Below are positions 28,616 to 39,029 of a stretch of 64,000 nucleotides of DNA, piece after piece. The notes under the pieces are model-generated. The model was not told the origin of the DNA and ran no database searches. It worked only from the letters and a program-made list of their open reading frames with translations. The first letter of the stretch is position 1; each line of letters begins with the position of its first letter. Location of the stretch: the NCBI GenBank assembly GCA_963701675.1, contig OY969623.1:6450599-6514598 (forward strand), in the 5' to 3' direction. Source of the stretch: an uncultured Gemmataceae bacterium (GTDB lineage Bacteria; Planctomycetota; Planctomycetia; Gemmatales; Gemmataceae). The translations under genes and the position numbers were made by a program.

Positions 28616-30523
28616 ATGACGCCGACTGTATCGAGTTTACTCACCGACCAAGACCTATTCCTATTTAACGAGGGCTCGCACTTTCGTCTTTACGACAAGT
28701 TAGGCGCCCATCCCATGACGCAACACGGCAAGGCGGGAACGCAGTTCGCCGTCTGGGCGCCCGCCGCCCGAACCGTAAGCGTCATCGGCGATTTCAATCG
28801 TTGGAACGGCAAATCGCATCCACTCGAACGAGTGGGAGAGTCGGGAATTTGGGAAGGGTTCGTTAAAGACATCGGACCGGGCGCCAACTACAAGTATCAC
28901 ATCGAATCGCAACACCAAGGCTATCAAGTCGACAAGGCCGACCCGCTCGCATTCTTCCAACAAGAACCACCGCAAACGGCGTCGGTTGTGTGGGACCTGG
29001 CTTATCGGTGGAACGACGGCGACTGGATGGCCAAGCGAGCCGACCGTCAGAACCTTTCGGCGCCGATTTCCATCTACGAAGTCCACCTGGGCTCGTGGCG
29101 GCGCGTCGCTGAAGAGGGAAACCGCTGGCTGACTTATCGCGAAATGGCGCCGCGGCTTGCGGACTACGTCAAACGCTTGGGCTTCACGCACGTCCAGTTC
29201 CTGCCGGTGATGGAACATCCGTTTTATGGCTCCTGGGGCTATCAAGTCACGGGCTTCTTCGGGCCGACCCGGCGCTACGGAAATCCACAGGACTTGATGT
29301 ACCTGATTGACTACCTCCACCAGAACGACATTGGTGTGATCCTCGATTGGGTACCGGCCCACTTTCCGATGGACGAGCACGGGCTGGCATACTTCGACGG
29401 CACATATCTCTACGAGCACGCCGACCCCAGGCAAGGGTATCATCCCGATTGGAAGAGCGCTATCTTCAACTACAGCCGGAACGAAGTACGGAGCTTCTTG
29501 ATCAGCAGCGCTCTGTTTTGGCTCGACAAATACCACGTCGATGGGCTACGCGTCGATGCGGTTGCGTCCATGATCTACCTGGATTATTCCCGGAAGGAAG
29601 GGGAGTGGATTCCGAACCGGTACGGCGGGCGCGAGAACCTTGAGGCACTCGAACTTCTGCGGCGCTTCAATCAAGAGGTATATGCCCAGTTCCCTGGCGC
29701 ACAGACGATTGCCGAGGAATCAACGGCCTGGCCGATGGTTTCGCGACCGGTTTACGTCGGAGGTCTCGGATTTGGCTTAAAGTGGGACATGGGTTGGATG
29801 CACGATTCGCTGAAGTACATGAGCCATGACCCGATCTATCGCCGGCATCATCACAACGACTTGACGTTTCGGATGCTTTACGCCACGACCGAGAACTTTG
29901 TCTTACCACTGTCACACGACGAAGTCGTACATGGCAAAGGCGCCCTGCTCGGCAAGATGCCGGGCGATGACTGGCAGAAGTTCGCCAATCTTCGCCTCCT
30001 ATACGGATGGATGTATGGGCAGATGGGTAAGAAGCTGCTCTTTATGGGGAGTGAAATCGGACAATGGCGCGAATGGCACCACGATCGCGCTCTGGATTGG
30101 AATTTGCTACAGTATCCGTTTCATGCCGGTGTGCAACGTTGGGTGGCCGACTTGAACCATCTTTACCGGCGGGAGCCGGCCCTGCACGAACTTGATTGCG
30201 ACGGCGCCGGTTTCGAATGGATCGATTGTCATGACGCCGATTCAAGTACCCTAAGTTTCCTCCGCAAAGGAAAGTCGGGAAACGATGTGATGCTGTTCGT
30301 TTACAACTTTACTCCCGTGCCGCGCATGAAGTACTGCGTGGGTGCGCCACACGGCGGTTGGTGGCAAGAAGTGCTGAACAGCGATGCAGAGGACTACGGC
30401 GGCAGCGGACTCGGAAATCAAGGCGGCTTGCATGCCGTCGAAGCCGTGTCGCATGGCAGGGCCATGTCACTGGAAATGACATTGCCGCCGTTGGCTGCTG
30501 TCGTCTTCAAGTGGTCGAAATAG
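28616..30523 (+). CDS. glgB: 1,4-alpha-glucan branching enzyme
   Basis: N-terminal '[25 protein letters not shown]', CBM48 '[20 protein letters not shown]', and the GH13 catalytic regions. Confidence 0.9.
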   Translation: MTPTVSSLLTDQDLFLFNEGSHFRLYDKLGAHPMTQHGKAGTQFAVWAPAARTVSVIGDFNRWNGKSHPLERVGESGIWEGFVKDIGPGANYKYHIESQHQGYQVDKADPLAFFQQEPPQTASVVWDLAYRWNDGDWMAKRADRQNLSAPISIYEVHLGSWRRVAEEGNRWLTYREMAPRLADYVKRLGFTHVQFLPVMEHPFYGSWGYQVTGFFGPTRRYGNPQDLMYLIDYLHQNDIGVILDWVPAHFPMDEHGLAYFDGTYLYEHADPRQGYHPDWKSAIFNYSRNEVRSFLISSALFWLDKYHVDGLRVDAVASMIYLDYSRKEGEWIPNRYGGRENLEALELLRRFNQEVYAQFPGAQTIAEESTAWPMVSRPVYVGGLGFGLKWDMGWMHDSLKYMSHDPIYRRHHHNDLTFRMLYATTENFVLPLSHDEVVHGKGALLGKMPGDDWQKFANLRLLYGWMYGQMGKKLLFMGSEIGQWREWHHDRALDWNLLQYPFHAGVQRWVADLNHLYRREPALHELDCDGAGFEWIDCHDADSSTLSFLRKGKSGNDVMLFVYNFTPVPRMKYCVGAPHGGWWQEVLNSDAEDYGGSGLGNQGGLHAVEAVSHGRAMSLEMTLPPLAAVVFKWSK

Positions 30524-30609
30524 TGATCGGCGGCTGTCAAGTGCTCGATTGCTGCAAATGATCGGCGTCCGAAGCCGAATAGGATAGCGGGGTTCGACAA
30601 ACTCCAGGG

Positions 30610-31206
30610 GTGGTGACAATGGAGACGGTATTTCTCGTTTGTGCGATCGTCGGTGGAACTCTGCTCGTCGGGCAAATGTTGCTGAGCTTTCTCGGATTCG
30701 GGGAGCATCACGGCGACATGGGCCATGATGTCGTCGATGCGCATCATGATGTCGGGCACGATCACGACGGCGCCTGGTTTGTCGGGTTGTTGACTTTCCG
30801 CGCCATCGTGGCTGCCCTGATGTTTTTCGGGCTAGTGGGATTGGCGAGCAACTCGCGCTTTCCGGAAGAGCCGATGGCCCCGCTGGGGCTGGCCCTCGGG
30901 GGCGGGTTTGCCGCGATGTTTATCGTCTCATGGATGATGCGGCAATTGCATCGACTTCGAGCCGAAGGAACGGTGCGCATTGACCGCGCCGTCGGCGCCA
31001 ATGGTACGGTATACTTGAGAATCCCTGGGCAGAGATCTGGAGTGGGCAAGGTTTCTTTGAACCTTCAGAATCGCACAGTGGAATATCAGGCGGTTACTTC
31101 ACACGATGAACTCCCGACCGGCGCCAAGATACGCGTGGTGGGTGTAGTCAGTTCCGATACCCTCGAGGTTGTCCCGGCAGATGCAGAAAGGGCCGCACAT
31201 GTTTAG
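30610..31206 (+). CDS. NfeD-like membrane protein (partner of flotillin)
   Basis: N-terminal TM helices, a His/Asp-rich loop and a C-terminal OB-fold-like segment; it overlaps the start of the downstream flotillin gene. Confidence 0.55.
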   Translation: MVTMETVFLVCAIVGGTLLVGQMLLSFLGFGEHHGDMGHDVVDAHHDVGHDHDGAWFVGLLTFRAIVAALMFFGLVGLASNSRFPEEPMAPLGLALGGGFAAMFIVSWMMRQLHRLRAEGTVRIDRAVGANGTVYLRIPGQRSGVGKVSLNLQNRTVEYQAVTSHDELPTGAKIRVVGVVSSDTLEVVPADAERAAHV

Positions 31207-32821
31207 CCTCTTTGCCGCTACCGATGCGCTCCAAGAAGTTCCTTGGGTGGCAGTCATTGCGGTCGCCGCCGCACTGTTGTTCCTCAGTTTCTTCCTTCTG
31301 TTGGTGCAGCGATACAAGCGCTGTCCCAGCAACCGGATCATGGTCATCTATGGAAAAGTAGGCGGCGGACAGGCTGCCAAATGTATCCAGGGCGGCGCTG
31401 CGTTCGTTTGGCCGTTGATCCAAGACCATGCATTCTTGAGTCTTGAACCCATTCAGATTGAGATACCGCTAAAGGGGGCGCTGTCGGCAGAAAACATTCG
31501 GGTAAGCGTGCCCAGTGTTTTCACCGTGGCCATCGGCACCGATGCCGAGACGATGCAAAATGCGGCCATCCGCATGTTAGGTAGCGATACCGAGGAGACA
31601 AAACAGCGGGCGGCGGAGATCATCTTCGGCCAACTCCGCCAGGTGATCGCCTCCATGCATATCGAGGAGATCAACAAAGACCGCGATAAGTTCTTACATA
31701 GCATTCAGACTTCATTGGAGCCGGAGCTAAAAAAGATCGGCTTGGTGTTGCTCAACGTCAACATTACCGACATCACCGACGAGTCCGGCTACATCGAAGC
31801 CATTGGCCGCAAAGCGGCGTCTACCGCCGTCCAGCAGGCGCGGGTTGATGTCGCCGAGCAAGAAAAGAAAGGGCAGGTCGGCGTCGCCGAGGCTGAACGC
31901 GAGAAAGTGATTCAGGTTGCCAACGCAACCAAGCTACGCGAGATCGGCACGCGCGAGGCCTCCCGCGAGCAAATGGTGCGCGTCGCGCAACTGGAAAAGG
32001 AACAGCAAGTCGGCGAGCAGGCGGCAGCTTTCGAACGCGAGGCCCAGGTCAAGGACGCCGAGCGCACCATGCGTATCGCGACGGCCGATGCCAACGCCAA
32101 GGCGATCGCGGGTGAGGCGCAAGCACAGGCAGCGGTCGCCGCGGCCAATGCCACACTGCAGGTCAAGCAAGCCGAGGCGTTCCAACTCGGCGAAACACGC
32201 AAGCGCGAAGCCGAAGCCGCCGTACAGGAAGCTCAACACCGCGCTCAAGCCAAAGCCGCCCTTGCTCACGCCGAGCGGATCGAAGCCGAACGCCGTGCCG
32301 AGCTGGAAGCGCCGGCGAAGGCCGAGAAGGCCAAGATTATTGTCGACGCCGAGGCGGAAGCGGAAAAGCGCCGCATCGAAGCGGAAGGCGAGGCCGCCGC
32401 GATATTCGCCAAGCTGGAAGCCGAGGCTCGCGGTCAGTACGAAATCCTCGCCAAAAAAGGCGACGGTTTGAAGCAGATCATTCAAGCCTGCGGCGGCGCG
32501 CCCCAGGCCTTTCAACTTCTCATGTTGGAACACCTCGACACGTTGGCGCAAACGGCAGCGCAAGCCATCGCTAATATCAAGTTCGACAAGGTCGTCGTGT
32601 GGGAAGGCGGCAATGGCGCCGGCAACGGCAGCAACACCGCACAATTCCTGCAAAGCATGGCACGCACGTTGCCGCCCATGATGCAAATCATGAAAGACAT
32701 CGGCGGTGTGGAACTGCCCGATTACCTCGTGCGTCTGGGCACCGAAGGGCACGACGGTGGCAAAACGGCCCACGCCGAGAACGCCAAGTCACCGGACAAG
32801 CCGACACCCGCGAAAGGGTAA
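31199..32821 (+). CDS. flotillin / SPFH (band 7) domain protein with a long EA-rich coiled coil
   Basis: N-terminal TM helix plus an SPFH domain; AEAEAEKRRIEAEGEAAAI flotillin-type repeats. Confidence 0.8.
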   Translation: MFSLFAATDALQEVPWVAVIAVAAALLFLSFFLLLVQRYKRCPSNRIMVIYGKVGGGQAAKCIQGGAAFVWPLIQDHAFLSLEPIQIEIPLKGALSAENIRVSVPSVFTVAIGTDAETMQNAAIRMLGSDTEETKQRAAEIIFGQLRQVIASMHIEEINKDRDKFLHSIQTSLEPELKKIGLVLLNVNITDITDESGYIEAIGRKAASTAVQQARVDVAEQEKKGQVGVAEAEREKVIQVANATKLREIGTREASREQMVRVAQLEKEQQVGEQAAAFEREAQVKDAERTMRIATADANAKAIAGEAQAQAAVAAANATLQVKQAEAFQLGETRKREAEAAVQEAQHRAQAKAALAHAERIEAERRAELEAPAKAEKAKIIVDAEAEAEKRRIEAEGEAAAIFAKLEAEARGQYEILAKKGDGLKQIIQACGGAPQAFQLLMLEHLDTLAQTAAQAIANIKFDKVVVWEGGNGAGNGSNTAQFLQSMARTLPPMMQIMKDIGGVELPDYLVRLGTEGHDGGKTAHAENAKSPDKPTPAKG

Positions 32822-32905
32822 CCTGCGTGGGCTAGTCGGCTTCATCCCGAAGCCAACCTTTGTTATCATCCGGCGTCCGCGTGGTCGCTCGAAACTCGCA
32901 ATGGA

Positions 32906-34769
32906 GTGCGATCCTTGACCGCCATACTGGGCATATCCGCCTTCTACCATGACAGTGCTGCGGCATTGGTGGTCGACGGCGACATTTTCGCCGCCGCTCA
33001 GGAAGAGCGGTTCACGCGCATCAAACACGACTCCGCATTTCCCAAATGCGCCATTCGCTATTGCCTCCGGGAAGGCGGGCTATCCCCGCGCGATCTGGAT
33101 TACATCGCCTTCTACGACAAGCCGCTGACCAAATTCGAACGGCTCCTGGAAACTTACCTGGCCTTTGCGCCCGCGGGTTTCGCAGCTTTCGGCTCGCCAT
33201 GCCGGTGTGGTTGAAGGAAAAATTGTTCACACGGCGGACTATTCGCCGCGGCTTCGACGAGCCGATGACCGCGCCCTTGGTGTTCACCGATCACCACGAA
33301 AGTCATGCCGCCAGCGCGTTCTTTCCGAGCCCGTTCGATGAAGCCGCGATTCTTACGCTCGACGGCGTCGGCGAATGGAGCACAACGACATACGGTGAGG
33401 GCCGCGGCAATCGCATCTCGCTGACTCACCATCTCTCGTTTCCGCATTCGTTGGGTCTCTTGTATTCGGCGTTCACGTATTACTGCGGCTTCCGGGTGAA
33501 CAGCGGTGAGTACAAACTGATGGGCCTCGCGCCCTATGGCCAACCGATTTATCAAGACGCGATTTACCGCCATCTCATCGATCTCAAGCCCGACGGCAGC
33601 TTCTGGCTCAACATGAAGTATTTCAACTATTGCCCGGGATTGACCATGACGAGCCGGTGCTTTCATCGGCTCTTCGGTGGTGCTCCGCGCGACCCGGAAT
33701 CGCCCATTCTGCAACGGCACATGGACCTGGCTGCCAGCATTCAGGCCGTGACGGAAGAGATCATGTTGCGCCTCGCCCGCACCGTGCATCGGCAGACGGG
33801 CATGAACAAGCTCGTGCTCGCCGGCGGCGTGGCGCTCAACTGCGTGGCGAATGGACGGTTGCTGCGCGAAGGGCCTTTCGAGTCGATTTGGATCCAGCCT
33901 GCCGCGGGAGATGCCGGCGGCGCGCTCGGGGCGGCCCTTTTCACCTGGCACCAACTTCTGAACAAGCCGCGCGGGCCGAGGTCGGACGATTCGCAAAAGG
34001 GCAGCCTCCTCGGTCCTGCATTCTCTGCCTACGAAGTCGAACAGTTCTTGCACGCCAATGAGGTCCCCCACGAGTGCTTTCAAGACGAGTCGGAACTCGT
34101 TGCTCACGCGGCCGATCTGCTGGCGGAAGGGAAAGTCGTCGGTTGGTGTCAAGGCCGGATGGAATTTGGCCCTCGAGCCCTCGGGCGCGGAGCATTCTCG
34201 GCGATCCGCGCTCGCCGAACATGCAGGCTCTCATGAACCTCAAGATCAAGTTTCGCGAGAGTTTTCGACCGTTTGCACCGTGCGTTCTGCGTGAGCATGC
34301 CGCCGACTGGTTCGATCTCAATCCGGAAAACGAAAGCCCGTACATGCTTCTGGTCGCGCAAGTCAAACCGAAGCATCACGTTCCCATCACCGTCGCGGAT
34401 CACCGCGTGATGGAACAGGACTCGGATTTGCGGAAACGAGTGAACGTCGTGCGCTCCGTGGTGCCGGCGATCACCCACGTCGATTACAGCGCCCGCCTAC
34501 AGACCGTGGACGAGGTACGAAACCCGCGCTTTCACCGCCTGCTCAGTGCATTTCATCAACGAACCGGCTGCCCGATTCTCGTGAACACGAGCTTCAACGT
34601 CCGCGGTGAACCCATCGTGTGCTCTCCGCGCGACGCATACCGATGTTTCCAGGCAACGAAAATCAATGCGTTGGTAATGGAAGATTGCGTAGTGCACAAG
34701 TCGGACTTGGAGCCAGAGAGTGCGCGCGCCGAACAAGCGGAGTATCTCGCTCAGTTTGCGTTGGATTAA
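32906..34769 (+). pseudogene. NodU/CmcH-family carbamoyltransferase interrupted by two single-nucleotide deletions (about 33200 and about 34200), or sequencing errors
   Basis: N-terminal 'ILGISAFYHDSAAALVVDGDI…AAQEERFTRIKHD'; the protein continues in the next frame ('RSFRLAMPVWLKEKLF…', '…FGPRALG|ARSILGDPRSPNMQ…') across three overlapping ORFs in frames 2, 1 and 0. Confidence 0.7.
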
Positions 34770-34784
34770 AGGGAAGGTGACGAC

Positions 34785-35153
34785 ATGAATTGGTCACAGG
34801 CGACGCGCCAGCCGACGACACGCGAGGTGAGGCAGTTCGCGGTGCTCTGTAGCGTTTGTTTCGGCGGACTGGCAGCATGGCAGTTTGCCGATGGCGGACG
34901 CTTCATCGGGTTTATGTGCGTCATTATTGCGCTGGCCGTTGCGCCCGTGGGAGTTTGGAAGCCATCAATGCTTCGGCCGGTGTACATGGGCTGGATGGTG
35001 CTGGTCTTTCCAATTGCTTGGTCGGTTTCGAATCTCATTCTTGCGGCCGTTTATCTCGGCATGGTTGTGCCGATCGGCGTTGCGTTTCGATTCGCGCGCG
35101 GGATGTTCTTGGACTTCGGCACGATCCTGATCGTGTCTCCTATTGGAAGTTGA
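34785..35153 (+). CDS. SxtJ-like small integral membrane protein (carbamoyltransferase-associated)
   Basis: Three to four TM helices; positioned directly after the carbamoyltransferase, as in conserved cassettes. Confidence 0.45.
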   Translation: MNWSQATRQPTTREVRQFAVLCSVCFGGLAAWQFADGGRFIGFMCVIIALAVAPVGVWKPSMLRPVYMGWMVLVFPIAWSVSNLILAAVYLGMVVPIGVAFRFARGMFLDFGTILIVSPIGS

Positions 35154-35209
35154 AGCCCTCGCCGGGTGACGCAAGCACCTACTTTCGCCAATTTTGAAAG
35201 GGCTGGTGA

Positions 35210-35401
35210 ATGAACACGGAACCATTCGAACAGCAGGCGGGCCACATGACGGAACGCTCACTACCTGTCGAACTTTGGAGTTTTGTTTCGCACACCAAGA
35301 AATGGTGGTTGTTGCCGATTCTTGTCGTCTTGTTATTGTTTGCCGCGTTGCTGTTCCTCAGCCTCACACCGGCGGCGCCGTTCATCTACACTTTGTTCTG
35401 A
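35210..35401 (+). CDS. DUF5989-family tiny membrane protein
   Basis: 'KKWWLLPILVVLLLFAALLFL…APFIYTLF' matches the DUF5989 consensus. Confidence 0.55.
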   Translation: MNTEPFEQQAGHMTERSLPVELWSFVSHTKKWWLLPILVVLLLFAALLFLSLTPAAPFIYTLF

Positions 35402-35413
35402 GATTCCCAGTGC

Positions 35414-36160
35414 TTACTGTTTGGCGGCGATCGTTTGCGCCAACGGACGGACCACGGCCGGGATGATGTGGTTGTCCACCAGTTCCTGGCAGATCTTGCG
35501 CTGATGGTGGTATGACTCGACGAAAGACTTGTGGGGTTGTCGGCCCCAGTATTGGCGGACGGTGAAATAGACGCTAATCGGCGCTTCGGGGAAGTTCCCG
35601 GTTCGAATTTGGTACGCGTTCGTGCGTGTCTCGATGCTGAGCCGGCACTGGAGCCGGCACGCCTCATCGAGAGCGAGCATGAGTGATGGCTCGTAGTTGA
35701 TCACGCGGCTGCCGGGCATTTGCAACAGACTTTCGAGCGTCGTGTTGAGCCCGAGCGCCTCCGCTACCACTTCGTCGTGATTGCCGGTGAAGCTGAAATC
35801 GAAAGCGAAGAGCACGTCCATGGCTTCGCAGTCGAGGGAACTAAAATCCAGGTGGTACGGGGCCAATTCCAGGACCCGCTCGTGTTGGGCGTCGGCGTCT
35901 TCGACTTCCGGTGGATTGACAAAACCGGTGCACAGGCGGTGATGTTCCAATGTGACCCAGCGGTAGCTGCCTTTTTCGCGATCCTCTTCGAGCACGAACT
36001 CGCCGCTTTCCCGGCGCTCGAAGTCGGTCATTTGCGGAAAGTGCTTTTGCAGACTGTCGAAGAAATGCAAAACGGTTTCCCGCCCGGACGGAAGCTCCAT
36101 CTTGGTATTCAGGTAGACATACACCCCGAAGTCGTCACAGAGCGAGTTGTATGAATTCAT
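35414..36160 (-). CDS. hypothetical protein (248 aa), co-operonic with the large upstream unknown
   Basis: ATG at 36160; strong coding bias; no recognisable domain. Confidence 0.45.
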   Translation of the reverse strand: MNSYNSLCDDFGVYVYLNTKMELPSGRETVLHFFDSLQKHFPQMTDFERRESGEFVLEEDREKGSYRWVTLEHHRLCTGFVNPPEVEDADAQHERVLELAPYHLDFSSLDCEAMDVLFAFDFSFTGNHDEVVAEALGLNTTLESLLQMPGSRVINYEPSLMLALDEACRLQCRLSIETRTNAYQIRTGNFPEAPISVYFTVRQYWGRQPHKSFVESYHHQRKICQELVDNHIIPAVVRPLAQTIAAKQ

Positions 36161-36308
36161 CAGGTTTACCTCAGGCCATCGATCAACGGCCGTTGGGCGA
36201 TCCGGCTGTCCCGTCACCCCATTGTTTGAGTTTTTAATGCCAATTGCAAGCCCTGCCGGGACTTTTCTCAAAGTCGATGTGGATACCGAAGGCGGCACGT
36301 CGTGCTGT

Positions 36309-38294
36309 TCAATCGTACCCCATAACCGGACTGCGGATGTCGATGACATGTTCGCGCCAGTGCGCGTCGTGTCCTTCGCTGAATCGCACTGCGTGAAGTC
36401 CTGACGCCGGATATTCCACGCCGCCGCGACAGCGATAGCCAGCGGTTGGATCGAATCTTAGCTCCACTTTCTTCCGAAAACCGTCCCAGTGAATCACCAG
36501 TTCGCCGGGAAAATCGCCGGCAAGCACCAGGAGGCCAGTAGCAGCGGGACCGAAGGCGACGCGCTCTTTCAACTCCGTCCAATCAAACATGGACATGAAC
36601 TCGCGCTGGGATCGCGTGGTCATCCGTAACAACACGAAATCGGTGGCCACACGGTAAGCGTCGGCGAGGGACACCTGACCAGGCCGGGCTGAAGTGGACG
36701 GCGGTGTCACCTGAACCCCGTCCATCGGCATTTGGTTGACGACAGCCTGGGCATGGGAATGCGTTTCTTTCGGGAGATCGAACTCCGGGAACTCGGCCAA
36801 TTCAGCCAGCCGGCGGCGCGCGATGGACCGGCTGAATGATTCGTACGAGAGCAACGGTGTTCGGTCAGGTTCGCCGATGCGTTTGCACGTTCCCAACGGC
36901 CGATCGAGAAAGATTGCGCTGCCCAGTTCCCGCAACTCATCCAGAACGGCCAGGTCGATGACACTCTGGCGTAACACCGCCGAGGTAGTTTCGCTCAAGT
37001 AAGAAGGTAGCGGATCATTCTCGAACAGGTGTTTCGTGCGTGTCGTCGTGTCCAGAATTTGTACGTCGGGAACGCGACGGTGCGGCGGTGGAAGGACGCG
37101 CGTGTTCTCACCGGCGGAAGTCGGCTCGTCGGGAACGGCCAGTCCTTCGTAGAGTCGCCGAAAGTACCATCCGTGCAGGAGCGCTCTGCGGCGAATGCGT
37201 TTTCGATCGCGGGCCGTCGTGTCGTCCTCATCCCGCGGCAAAAACAACAGAGGATTCTGCTCGATCAACTGAAGATACGCCTTGACTGCCTCATCAAGCA
37301 GCAGCGCATCCGGATAATTGGCACCGCGCTGGTGATAGGTCACGAGATCATACGCCGTCAGATGCCGGCCGAGTTGTCGGAGAATGTAGCTCAGGAAATC
37401 GATATGCTGCGCCACGCTCCAACCGCCGCACGATTCGAGTGAGGCGACAAAATCGAGGGTTTTCGGAACAAAATCGGTGTAAGGCGTGAGACTGGCGTAA
37501 TCGAACATATCGCGGAGCAGCCGCGGCAACGCCGGAAGGCTTTCGAGAGCAATCAGCTTTTCCACAAACATGGCCGCTAGATTTGCGACTTCCGATTGTG
37601 GAGTCGAGCGCAACGCGATTTCCAATAGCTTGATTCGTTCGACTCGCGAGAGGTCGACGGCCCATGCCTCTCGTATCAGCTCCGAGTATTCTCGAAACGG
37701 CGGTTGGGCGGAGCGCGTGATGCAAAAACAGTACGCCAACTGACCGAACGAGAACTCGGGCAAAGGCGCCTCGATCGAGGTCAGCGGCAACCGACTGGCC
37801 CCGACAACCGCATGAAAAAGATAACCGATCAATTCGTCGCGCAAGTCCTCGGCGTCTGTTAGAGACGGGAGGTGGATCGTGCCCACCAACTCACGCACCC
37901 ATTTTCGTGTTTCACGAGTCAGAAACGTGTTGTCAGTTGCTTCGTACCCTTCGGTCACCATCGAATCAATGGCGCGAGTAATATGAACGTTCTCATGGGC
38001 GGCATCGTACAACACCGCGATCAACGGCTCGGCGGCCCGCCCATCGGGGCCCGAGCGATAAACATGGCGCGACTCGAAGCGACCTATCAAGCGCGTGTGT
38101 GCCGGGTCGAGCAAGCGTCCGTGGAACAATTCCCATGGGATTTCCTCTGTGAACCAATCGGTCCATTCGATGTGGATGGAGGGGTCAACGAAGAAGTGCC
38201 CCGGACGAAGCACTTCGTCGATGACTTGCCGCACGGCCTGCCGTGTCAACGGTTGGCCCTGCGTGTTGCCGGTTCTGGCGCGAAACCTCACCAC
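36309..38294 (-). CDS. hypothetical large protein (661 aa), unknown function
   Basis: Long ORF with coding bias; no P-loop, HExxH or other recognisable motif. Confidence 0.5.
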   Translation of the reverse strand: MVRFRARTGNTQGQPLTRQAVRQVIDEVLRPGHFFVDPSIHIEWTDWFTEEIPWELFHGRLLDPAHTRLIGRFESRHVYRSGPDGRAAEPLIAVLYDAAHENVHITRAIDSMVTEGYEATDNTFLTRETRKWVRELVGTIHLPSLTDAEDLRDELIGYLFHAVVGASRLPLTSIEAPLPEFSFGQLAYCFCITRSAQPPFREYSELIREAWAVDLSRVERIKLLEIALRSTPQSEVANLAAMFVEKLIALESLPALPRLLRDMFDYASLTPYTDFVPKTLDFVASLESCGGWSVAQHIDFLSYILRQLGRHLTAYDLVTYHQRGANYPDALLLDEAVKAYLQLIEQNPLLFLPRDEDDTTARDRKRIRRRALLHGWYFRRLYEGLAVPDEPTSAGENTRVLPPPHRRVPDVQILDTTTRTKHLFENDPLPSYLSETTSAVLRQSVIDLAVLDELRELGSAIFLDRPLGTCKRIGEPDRTPLLSYESFSRSIARRRLAELAEFPEFDLPKETHSHAQAVVNQMPMDGVQVTPPSTSARPGQVSLADAYRVATDFVLLRMTTRSQREFMSMFDWTELKERVAFGPAATGLLVLAGDFPGELVIHWDGFRKKVELRFDPTAGYRCRGGVEYPASGLHAVRFSEGHDAHWREHVIDIRSPVMGYD

Positions 38295-38477
38295 GGCGCG
38301 TCACTCGTAATTAAACCGTCCGCCCCGGGGCGTATGGATAATTGAGGGATTTATATCGGTCGTGTCAATTGAACATCATGTATGCACGCTACGTCGTTGG
38401 ATCACAGTGCATCGACGCTGGCATTTTGCCGATTTCTAGTTGTAACACGGAATCCGGTTATGCAGAGGATCGATGCG

Positions 38478-39029
38478 ATGAAAACCTGGGCAGTTTTGGC
38501 AAGCGCGGTGTTGGCGAGCACGGCTTTCGGACAATCCCCGTCGCCGGAAACATTACCCGCCATGCCGCCGCCGGCCATGCCGTGTGAAGAATGTGCTCCG
38601 GCATGTTCACCCTGTTGGACATTCTCGATTCCGAGAAGGCCAATCCGGACCTGGCTGGCGTGCTGCGACAGCGTGCAAAAATGCCGCGAGTTCCTGTCGT
38701 ACAAATCGACAAGTTGCGGCAGTTGCTGCCCCACGCCGGACCCATCGATCCATCCGCCACTGTACACTTACTTCTGGCCGTTGCACTGCGCCGACGGCAA
38801 CCGCGGCGGGTGCGGCAGCCTAAACGGTATGTGGAACACCAACGTGCATATGACGGAAGAGGGCTTTGCGTCCGCCGGCGTCCCCGTCAGCACCACGCAA
38901 TACTCACACAACGGGCACGCGCCCAAGAACGAGCCCTGGTTCAGGTCGATGACGGCTCGGTTCCGAAGCGAGAAGGCGACGGCATCCAATTCCGGCATCG
39001 TTCCGGTGAGCGGACAAGCGCCTCGTTAA
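38478..39029 (+). CDS. small secreted Cys-rich protein
   Basis: Signal peptide MKTWAVLASAVLASTAFG; 14 or more Cys in CxxC/CC clusters. Confidence 0.4.
   Translation: MKTWAVLASAVLASTAFGQSPSPETLPAMPPPAMPCEECAPACSPCWTFSIPRRPIRTWLACCDSVQKCREFLSYKSTSCGSCCPTPDPSIHPPLYTYFWPLHCADGNRGGCGSLNGMWNTNVHMTEEGFASAGVPVSTTQYSHNGHAPKNEPWFRSMTARFRSEKATASNSGIVPVSGQAPR

Noticed and set aside
31934-32773. 279-aa minus-strand ORF and a 184-aa plus-strand alternative-frame ORF inside the flotillin gene
   Set aside because: Artefacts of the repetitive GC-rich EA-repeat region. Flotillin is the real gene.
33154-34152. 332-aa minus-strand ORF overlapping the carbamoyltransferase
   Set aside because: Shadow ORF opposite a well-supported conserved gene. 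Its composition is typical of GC-rich antisense.
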